From a virus, in IMG/VR virus record IMGVR_UViG_3300017824_001452: a stretch of DNA of 64,000 nt, one strand, 5' to 3'. This document shows positions 57,164 to 64,000 of this stretch, in pieces (position 1 is the first letter of the stretch; each line of letters starts with the position of its first letter). The notes under the pieces were generated by a model. That model made no database searches. It was given only the letters and a program-made list of their open reading frames with translations, and was not told where the DNA came from. The position numbers were made by a program, and so were the translations under genes.

Positions 57164-57170
57164 AGAACAC

Positions 57171-57392
57171 ATGATATTACCTGAAGTTGAAAAAGCACTA
57201 CATATCATTTGGGAACTAGAGTATGAAATGTTGAATGAAAGAAACTGTGGTTACACGGGTTCAGACATGAAAAAGAAACTCTGGCAGATCAAAATGAGAG
57301 TAGACAAAGCAATTGCAAAGGCCCCGGTCTATCATGGTGACCCAAACTACGAACAAGAATATCTTGTAGCAAAAATTAAAGGCGAAGTATGA
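57171..57392 (+). CDS. Small hypothetical protein
   Basis: Start corrected to 57171 using the promoter position; ATGA overlap with the next gene. Confidence 0.65.
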   Translation: MILPEVEKALHIIWELEYEMLNERNCGYTGSDMKKKLWQIKMRVDKAIAKAPVYHGDPNYEQEYLVAKIKGEV

Positions 57393-58189
57393 AGTTAGGT
57401 ATAATCGGTAAAGGGTTTGTTGGCTCCGCAGTCAGCAATGGTTTTACTAATGATACAGAACAATTTATCGTTGACCCAGCAATTAATTCTCACACAATCA
57501 AAGATTTAGTAGAATGGAATCCAGACATGATATTTGTCTGTGTGCCTACTCCACAACAAGAATCACATTTAGACGTAGATACTCACATAGTACGTGAAGT
57601 ATTACTTAACATTGGACTTACAGACTATGCAAACGTTGTAGTAGTTAAATCTACTATTACTCCTAATCATCTAACGCAGTTTAAGAAACTTTTTAGTGGA
57701 TTACGACTTGTATATAATCCTGAGTTCTTAACTGAAGCAAACAGTTTAGAAGACTTTATCAATCCAAATATGCAAATACTAGGTGGAGAGTTACAAGACT
57801 GCATCGAAGTAGAACAAGCATACATTCATCATAGTCAAGTCAAAATCGTACCCACATTCAAAACAGACTTCACAACAGCAAGTCTAATCAAATACACAAT
57901 TAACAGTTGGTTAGCAACGAAAGTATCATTCTTTAATGAATTATTTCATTTGCACCAATCAAGCAATGCAGAGACTACATGGGAGCAGTTTACTGACATG
58001 GTAAAACGTGACCCAAGAATAGGAGACAGTCATATGCAAGTCCCTGGACCAGATGGTAAGTTTGGTTTTGGTGGACACTGTTTTCCGAAAGATACAAAAG
58101 CATTGTTATATTATTCTAAACTAGAGGGGGCGCCGCTCACTCTATTAGAAAATGTCATCCAACAAAACGATGACGACAGAAACGGGTAA
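57389..58189 (+). CDS. UDP-glucose/GDP-mannose dehydrogenase family protein (short form)
   Basis: GKGFVG, FVCVPTP, VVKST, YNPEFL and catalytic GFGGHCFPKD. It lacks the C-terminal domain. Confidence 0.9.
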   Translation: MKLGIIGKGFVGSAVSNGFTNDTEQFIVDPAINSHTIKDLVEWNPDMIFVCVPTPQQESHLDVDTHIVREVLLNIGLTDYANVVVVKSTITPNHLTQFKKLFSGLRLVYNPEFLTEANSLEDFINPNMQILGGELQDCIEVEQAYIHHSQVKIVPTFKTDFTTASLIKYTINSWLATKVSFFNELFHLHQSSNAETTWEQFTDMVKRDPRIGDSHMQVPGPDGKFGFGGHCFPKDTKALLYYSKLEGAPLTLLENVIQQNDDDRNG

Positions 58190-58197
58190 ATATACCC

Positions 58198-58226
58198 TTG
58201 ACAACATACAGACTATTCTGTATACT
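58198..58226 (+). promoter_or_regulatory. sigma70 promoter TTGACA-17-TATACT
   Basis: Upstream of an aggag RBS and ATG 58262. Confidence 0.8.
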
Positions 58227-58261
58227 ATATGCATAGATTTACATAATCATAGGAGATAATA

Positions 58262-58522
58262 ATGGCAGGTAAATACTTTAATCCAGAGCAAGTTAATAAA
58301 ATGAAGCAACTTGTTAATGAAGGCATGGCAGTAATGCAAGAAGTTGAGACACTTAACGGCGGACTCAATGATACTGTAAAAGCAATCGCAGAAGAACTTG
58401 AAATCAAGCCTTCTATTCTTAAGAAAGCAATTAGAATTGCATACAAAAGCAATCTAATGGACACAAATGCTGACCACGAACAACTGAACGATATCTTGGA
58501 GACTGTTGGTCGAACTCTTTAA
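58262..58522 (+). CDS. Small dsDNA-binding protein (T4 DsbA / GapR-like)
   Basis: 86-aa helical protein with IAEELEIKPSILKKAIRIAYK, next to the DNA polymerase. Confidence 0.6.
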   Translation: MAGKYFNPEQVNKMKQLVNEGMAVMQEVETLNGGLNDTVKAIAEELEIKPSILKKAIRIAYKSNLMDTNADHEQLNDILETVGRTL

Positions 58523-59148
58523 TGCCAAGACTTGTCACGTTTGGATGTTCATTTACATACGGCCACAGTTTACCTGACTGTTATATAGGAAATGGACGTC
58601 CAGGTGATTCTCCTAGTAAGTTTGCTTGGCCAAATCTACTAGCAGAAAAGTTAGATTACGAGTGTTTAAATTTATCTGCTTGTGGTTCGGGTAATTATCA
58701 AATTTTACTAGATATTTTACGGACAGATTTTAAACAGGATGATTTAGTTGTAATAGGATATTCGTATTTTGATAGATATGAAAATTACCTAATGACTGAT
58801 AAAATTGACGCAGGCTTTCAAATAACTTCAGAGTCTAAAGAACTTCAACATAGAATAGAAATCAATAAAGTTATGTTAGGTGAGACAAGTGAAGAACAAA
58901 AGTTTTGGAATAATTGGTTATCCATACAACATGCAGAAATGATATTAAACTCTAAAAATATAAAAAATTATTCGTTTCTCAATGTGCCAGAAATAGCACA
59001 AGAAACAAAACCTGACTTGATCGAAATGCAAAACTTTATCGATCATATCAAATTAACATTTAAGGATTATGCTTTGGACAAAGAACATCCAGGAATTGAG
59101 ACTCATCAGTTGCAATCAGAACAACTTTATAGTACAATAGCACTATGA
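58522..59148 (+). CDS. SGNH/GDSL hydrolase-like protein
   Basis: LVTFGCSFTYG, NLSACGSGN and C-terminal DKEHPG (DxxH). Confidence 0.7.
   Translation: MPRLVTFGCSFTYGHSLPDCYIGNGRPGDSPSKFAWPNLLAEKLDYECLNLSACGSGNYQILLDILRTDFKQDDLVVIGYSYFDRYENYLMTDKIDAGFQITSESKELQHRIEINKVMLGETSEEQKFWNNWLSIQHAEMILNSKNIKNYSFLNVPEIAQETKPDLIEMQNFIDHIKLTFKDYALDKEHPGIETHQLQSEQLYSTIAL
59110..59138 (+). promoter_or_regulatory. sigma70 promoter TTGCAA-17-TACAAT inside the upstream gene, leaderless to the DNA polymerase
   Basis: The -10 box ends 6 nt before ATG 59145 and there is no SD. Confidence 0.7.
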
Positions 59149-61859
59149 GTTATATCGACGCCATACATGATAAATCTGCGGAACGAATACATGTCGTAGA
59201 ACGTACCCCTGAGGGTAACAGAGACTTTAAAGAGTATCCTACGAATTATGTTCTGTATTATGAAGATCCTAAGGGCAAACATCGATCACTTTATGGCACT
59301 CCTGTCAAAAAGTTTTCGTCACGTAAACAAGCAGAGTGGGAGAAAGAGAAACGCATCCACGGTAAGAAACGTCTGTTTGAAGCAGACATTCCGATCGTCT
59401 TCAGATGCCTTAGTGAAAACTATCTGAAGGTTGATGCCCCTAAACTGCATACGTGTTTCTTTGATATCGAGGTAGACTTTGATCCTAGTAGAGGATTCTC
59501 TCCTCCAAGTGATCCATTCAATCCTGTGACTGCTGTTAGTCTATACTTAGACTGGCTTGATCAGTTAGTATGTCTTGCAGTTCCCCCTAAGCATATGACG
59601 TATGAGACTGCACAAGAAGCAATCGCAGAGTTCCCTGATACTATGTTGTTCAGAACAGAGAAAGAATTGTTTGATGCATTCTTTTCTTTAATCGAAGATG
59701 CAGATGTGTTGTCAGGTTGGAACTCAGAAGGATATGATATTCCGTATATGGTCAATCGTGTTACACGTGTGATGTCTAAAGATGATACACGTAGATTTTG
59801 TCTGTTAGGGCAGTATCCTAAGAAACGTAAATATGAACGATTTGGTAAAGAAGAAGAAACGTTTGACTTAGTTGGTCGTATTCACTTAGACTATCTACAA
59901 CTCTATAAAAAGTACAACTATGAATCTCGCCATAGTTATAAACTAGATGCGATTGGTGAAATGGAAGTTGGTGAAAAGAAGACTGAGTATGAAGGGTCAC
60001 TAGATCAACTGTACAACAAAGACTTTAAAAAGTTCATCGAATATAACAGACAGGATACATTACTGCTTAAGAAACTAGATGATAAGTTGCAGTTCTTAGA
60101 ACTTGCTAATCAACTGGCGCATGAAAATACTGTGTTGCTTCCAACTGTTATGGGCTCAGTTGCTATGATTGAAATGGCAGTGATGAATGAAGCACATGAA
60201 CGTGGCATGGTTGTACCCAATAAGATAAGACAGAATATCAATACAATCAGTGAAGGACAAGCGGCAGGTGCTTATGTGATGAATCCTAAGAAAGGACTAC
60301 ATGAGTGGATAGGCTCTATTGATATTAACTCACTTTATCCTTCAACTATTCGTGCATTGAACATGGCTCCAGAGACAATCGTCGGGCAAGTCAGACAGAC
60401 TCTTACTGAACAATATATGCAAGAGAAAGGACTGGAACTGGCTAAGAAGAAACCTAGATACAAAGAAGGTGATGCTCCAGTAGAAGGACCCGTACTATGG
60501 GAAGGTCTTTTCGGCTCACTAGAGTACACTGCCATTCAAAATCAGGAACGTGGCACTATGCTGACGATTGATTATGAAGATGGCAGAGAAGAACAGATGA
60601 GTGCCGCAGAAGCATGGAAGATGATTTACGATTCTAATAATCCTTATATCCTTAGTGCAAATGGTACAATCTTTAGATCAGATACTGAAGGTGTGATTCC
60701 TGGACTGTTATCTAAATGGTATTCTGATCGTAAGATTATGCAAGGTAAACTCAGAGAAGCAACTACAAAAGAAGACATTGAGTATTGGGACAAACGTCAG
60801 TTAGTTCGTAAAATTTTGCTTAACTCTGCATATGGTGCACTTTTGAATGAGCATTGTCGATTCTATGATAAACGCATAGGACAAAGTACAACACTCACAG
60901 GTCGTTCTATCACTAAGCATATGTCAGCATTTGTTAATGAAATAATGACTGGTAAATATGATCACACAGGTGACTCAATGATTTATGGTGATACTGACTC
61001 ATGTTACTTTAGTGCATGGCCCATGCTTAAAGATGATCTTCCAGCAGATATGTCATTAGAAGACAAAAAGCAGACATTTATTGACTTGTATGAAAGTATG
61101 TCTGACCAATGTAATGTATCGTTTCCTGGCTTTATGGAAAAAGCATTTCATTGTCCACGTGACAAAGGTATGATTATCAAAGGTGGCAGAGAAGTCTGTG
61201 GTGACAGAGGATTGTTTATTACTAAGAAAAGATATGCAATCAATATCTATGATGCAGAAAATAAACGTACTGACAAAGATGGTGCGATGAAAGTTAAGGC
61301 AATGGGCTTAGACTTAAAGAGAGCAGATACTCCTGCATATGTACAAGACTTCTTAATGGAAGTTTTAGAAATGACACTATCAGGTAAACAACGTGATGAT
61401 ATTATCGAAAAGATTAAAGAGTTTAAAATATCATTAGGTCAACAGGATTCTTGGACAAAAGGTTCTCCTAAGTCTGTTAACAAATTGACATATTATACTG
61501 AACTAGAAAAGAAATCTAAGACTGGTCGAGCAAACATGCCGGGTCACGTAAGAGCGGCAATGAATTGGAACACACTTAAAAGAATACATGATGACAATTA
61601 TTCAATGGAGATCATGGATGGATTCAAAGTAGTAGTATGTAAACTCAAAACTAATGCGTTAGGTTATACGAGTATTGCATACCCTACAGATCAACTTAGA
61701 CTTCCTGAATGGTTCAAAGACATGCCATTTGATGACAACTTAATGGAGTCTACTTTAGTAGATGAAAAAATCAGCAACTTGCTAGGAGTTCTTAAATGGG
61801 ACTTACGAGCAAACACAGACACTAATTCAACGTTTGATGAGTTGTTTAGTTTCGGGTAA
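59145..61859 (+). CDS. Family B DNA polymerase (T4 gp43-like)
   Basis: Exonuclease motifs FFDIEVD, GWNSEGYDIPY and YNRQD; polymerase motifs DINSLYPS, KILLNSAYG, YGDTDS and KKRYA. Confidence 0.97.
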   Translation: MSYIDAIHDKSAERIHVVERTPEGNRDFKEYPTNYVLYYEDPKGKHRSLYGTPVKKFSSRKQAEWEKEKRIHGKKRLFEADIPIVFRCLSENYLKVDAPKLHTCFFDIEVDFDPSRGFSPPSDPFNPVTAVSLYLDWLDQLVCLAVPPKHMTYETAQEAIAEFPDTMLFRTEKELFDAFFSLIEDADVLSGWNSEGYDIPYMVNRVTRVMSKDDTRRFCLLGQYPKKRKYERFGKEEETFDLVGRIHLDYLQLYKKYNYESRHSYKLDAIGEMEVGEKKTEYEGSLDQLYNKDFKKFIEYNRQDTLLLKKLDDKLQFLELANQLAHENTVLLPTVMGSVAMIEMAVMNEAHERGMVVPNKIRQNINTISEGQAAGAYVMNPKKGLHEWIGSIDINSLYPSTIRALNMAPETIVGQVRQTLTEQYMQEKGLELAKKKPRYKEGDAPVEGPVLWEGLFGSLEYTAIQNQERGTMLTIDYEDGREEQMSAAEAWKMIYDSNNPYILSANGTIFRSDTEGVIPGLLSKWYSDRKIMQGKLREATTKEDIEYWDKRQLVRKILLNSAYGALLNEHCRFYDKRIGQSTTLTGRSITKHMSAFVNEIMTGKYDHTGDSMIYGDTDSCYFSAWPMLKDDLPADMSLEDKKQTFIDLYESMSDQCNVSFPGFMEKAFHCPRDKGMIIKGGREVCGDRGLFITKKRYAINIYDAENKRTDKDGAMKVKAMGLDLKRADTPAYVQDFLMEVLEMTLSGKQRDDIIEKIKEFKISLGQQDSWTKGSPKSVNKLTYYTELEKKSKTGRANMPGHVRAAMNWNTLKRIHDDNYSMEIMDGFKVVVCKLKTNALGYTSIAYPTDQLRLPEWFKDMPFDDNLMESTLVDEKISNLLGVLKWDLRANTDTNSTFDELFSFG

Positions 61860-61877
61860 ATCACATGTCCAAAACAT

Positions 61878-61906
61878 TTGCTTTACACAATAAATCCAGA
61901 TATAAT
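61878..61906 (+). promoter_or_regulatory. sigma70 promoter TTGCTT-17-TATAAT, followed by late-type TAAATA (61923-61928)
   Basis: Upstream of the gaggag RBS of the clamp gene. Confidence 0.7.
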
Positions 61907-61945
61907 ACACAGTATATCTACCTAAATACATTACGAGGAGTATAA

Positions 61946-62680
61946 ATGAAAGATAACTTATTAGACATCATCGGTTACACGCATAGTCTAGGCATCATTG
62001 ATCTAGTAAAGATCGTGGGAACTGATACAGAAACTGAAATTCATGCAATTGCAGAAGATAAATCTGTTATTGTGACAGGCAAAACTAAAACGCCTGTTGC
62101 AGATTTTATCGGAACATTTGGTATGCCGAATCTAACTAAACTAAAAACTATTTTAGGCTTTGATGTCTACAATGATGATAGTTCTACAATCGACATGACT
62201 AAAGCAAACAAAGATGGCAACGAAGTTCCTAGTGCAATTCACTTTGCAACTAAGCAAGGAGATTTTGTTAACGACTATCGTTTGATGTCACAAGCAATCA
62301 TCGAAGAAAAAGTAAGAAATGTTACTTTCAAAGGTGCTAATTGGGACGTAGAATTTGAACCAACAGTTGCAGGTATCATGCGTTTAAAAATGCAGGCACA
62401 AGCAAACTCTGAAGAATTGAACTTTACTACTAAAACAGAAGATGGCGATCTTAAAATCTTTTTTGGTGATCCTTCAACTCACTCAGGTAATTTTGTATTT
62501 CAACCTACAGTAACAGGTGAACTTACAAGAGCATGGATGTGGCCTGTTAAGGTATTCTTGTCTATTATGGATTTGCCAGGTGACAAGACTGTACGTATTT
62601 CTGATCAAGGTGCGGCTCAAATTACAGTAGACAGTGGTTACACAATTTACGAATATCTCTTGCCGGCACAAGCCAAGTAA
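61946..62680 (+). CDS. Probable DNA sliding clamp (gp45/PCNA-like)
   Basis: 244 aa, directly after the polymerase; clamp-like C-terminus (VRISDQGAAQITVDSG...YEYLLPA). Confidence 0.65.
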   Translation: MKDNLLDIIGYTHSLGIIDLVKIVGTDTETEIHAIAEDKSVIVTGKTKTPVADFIGTFGMPNLTKLKTILGFDVYNDDSSTIDMTKANKDGNEVPSAIHFATKQGDFVNDYRLMSQAIIEEKVRNVTFKGANWDVEFEPTVAGIMRLKMQAQANSEELNFTTKTEDGDLKIFFGDPSTHSGNFVFQPTVTGELTRAWMWPVKVFLSIMDLPGDKTVRISDQGAAQITVDSGYTIYEYLLPAQAK

Positions 62681-63382
62681 TTGATTATTCAACGTAGCAA
62701 CACTCATTGGGAACAGCCCGAGTTTTGGACTAGGGGAAACCATACACAACAAGTGGTTAGAAGTCAAGGCTTGTGCAATGATATTGTGGGGACTCATTAT
62801 TCATATATCCCTATCGGCAAAGTAGCATCAACGTTTATGTCAGAATTTTTGGCACAGTTAAAGTGGATCAATACTGCATATAATTACAATGATGTTGATA
62901 AACATCGTACTCCTAAAAAGTATATGGTTATTTTGCGAGATCCAGTAGAACGTTGGTGTTCTGGTATTGTAGAGTACTTGGTTAATCATCGTAGTTTTAT
63001 AGAAGGCAGGGATAATCACGGATGGACTCTACAAGATAGAGAAATGCTAGATTTTATCTTTGGTGTTGCAAAGTTTGACAGACACACGTGTTCTCAGGTA
63101 GATTATCTGCACGGCTTAGATACAAACGATTGTGTATTCTTTAAACTAGATAATAATTTTGAAGATACAATGAAACGGTTTGCAGAAAAAGAATTACATT
63201 CACCCATAAATGATGTAATTATTAGAGATTTTGCATATAATACATCAGAAAGAGAAACACACAAAAAACTTAGGAATACAATTGATTTTCAAATTAAAAA
63301 TAATCCTAGGTATATGAAGAGGATAAAAGATCATTTTGCAGATGATCTTGTGTTGTTTAATCAAGTAACATTTTATGAATAA
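62681..63382 (+). CDS. Sulfotransferase family 2-like protein
   Basis: YIPIGKVAST (5'PSB), ILRDPVERWCSG (3'PB), HTCSQ and FADDLVLF. Confidence 0.75.
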   Translation: MIIQRSNTHWEQPEFWTRGNHTQQVVRSQGLCNDIVGTHYSYIPIGKVASTFMSEFLAQLKWINTAYNYNDVDKHRTPKKYMVILRDPVERWCSGIVEYLVNHRSFIEGRDNHGWTLQDREMLDFIFGVAKFDRHTCSQVDYLHGLDTNDCVFFKLDNNFEDTMKRFAEKELHSPINDVIIRDFAYNTSERETHKKLRNTIDFQIKNNPRYMKRIKDHFADDLVLFNQVTFYE

Positions 63383-63389
63383 CGAGAAT

Positions 63390-64000
63390 ATGGCAGAACA
63401 AATCAATCTTTCAAAAGAGCATAAGGCAGATTGGGCACTATTTTTGCCTGCAGTCAGTAGTTTTTTTATTACTGGCTTAGGTAAGCAAAGGTGTGGGGAA
63501 GACTATTTCCCACAAGAACGTATACCTGCAGGGTTCAATGGAGACGTAGAACGTCTTAATTTCTTAAACTCTAAAGAAGGTTTGTTCACTTATAAGTGGG
63601 GATTGTATTCTGCTGGCCATGCAGACTTAGATGTAACTAAGGACATTCCTGCTGAATCTATCATACGTGATAGAGAAGAGGGTACGTTTATGTTAGGCGA
63701 CTCTGGTGGTTTTCAGATTATGAAAGGTCAATGGCCTGCTGACTGGAAGAATCCTGATTGTCCTAAAGCACTTGAGCAACGTAAAAAAGTTCTTACGTGG
63801 ATGGACACGTATATGGACTATGGCATGTGTTTAGACATACCCTCACAGACTGTGCGAAATCAACATCTGTATGATAAGCACGGTATTAAAACCATAGAGG
63901 AAGCCGCACTGGCAACGCATATCAACAACGATTACTTTATACATAATCGTAATGGTAACTGCAAGTTTTTAAATGTCTTGCAGGGGTTAAATCATACGCA
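63390..64000 (+). CDS. tRNA-guanine transglycosylase-like protein (DpdA-like), 3'-truncated, missing from the ORF track
   Basis: Manual translation from ATG 63390 (alternative 63375) is open to the window end and contains MLGDSGGFQI, MCLDIP and NVLQG, the TGT active-site motifs. Confidence 0.85.
   Translation, partial: MAEQINLSKEHKADWALFLPAVSSFFITGLGKQRCGEDYFPQERIPAGFNGDVERLNFLNSKEGLFTYKWGLYSAGHADLDVTKDIPAESIIRDREEGTFMLGDSGGFQIMKGQWPADWKNPDCPKALEQRKKVLTWMDTYMDYGMCLDIPSQTVRNQHLYDKHGIKTIEEAALATHINNDYFIHNRNGNCKFLNVLQGLNHT

Noticed and set aside
14272-57208. ORF-track starts at 14272, 21328, 32566, 43307, 49067, 50305, 51687, 57126 and 57208
   Set aside because: The upstream extensions overlap other genes, terminators or promoters. 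Downstream ATGs with an RBS, promoter or coupling fit better.
59145-61859. Intein or intron in the DNA polymerase
   Set aside because: Motif spacing and the 904-aa length are normal; no intein termini or homing endonuclease motifs.
1-64000. Stop-codon reassignment, as seen in some jumbo phages
   Set aside because: Long genes are intact under the standard code, and TAA, TAG and TGA all end genes at sensible boundaries.

Overview
This AT-rich window comes from a large T4-related (jumbo-type) myophage genome; no host chromosome genes, tRNAs, rRNAs or CRISPR arrays are visible. The layout from left to right is: (1) 1-19 kb virion morphogenesis: tail sheath (5' end outside the window), tail tube, gp4-like head-completion nuclease, a probable small terminase, a 1247-aa acidic modular protein, a repeat-rich fibre, an M15 peptidase and baseplate proteins. 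(2) 19-29 kb: a stand-alone DnaE fragment, GroES, clamp loader, PhoH, DnaJ and ClpA. (3) 29-51 kb: proteins with T4 capsid-targeting-like N-termini, dense [ILVM]-x-E prohead-protease-like sites and shuffled mini-modules, mixed with enzymes (HxGH nucleotidyltransferase, glycosyltransferase, ParB/Srx domains, Dps, AsnB-like, B12 radical SAM). (4) 50.8-56.4 kb: a tightly coupled 8-gene biosynthetic-like cluster behind late promoters (methyltransferase, ferritin-like di-iron enzyme, class I GATase, APS kinase/nucleotidyltransferase fusion, cupin, two sulfotransferase-fold proteins, 2OG-Fe(II) oxygenase). (5) 57-64 kb: UDP-sugar dehydrogenase, DsbA-like protein, family B DNA polymerase, sliding clamp, a sulfotransferase and an unannotated TGT/DpdA-like gene running off the right end. 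Regulatory signals include many T4-like late promoters (GATAAATA/TATAAATA), near-consensus sigma70 promoters (several apparently leaderless) and intrinsic terminators. The two most notable candidate systems are the modular, protease-processed capsid-cargo polyprotein set and the 8-gene sulfation/oxidation cluster. All family assignments come from motif recognition by eye, not database searches.
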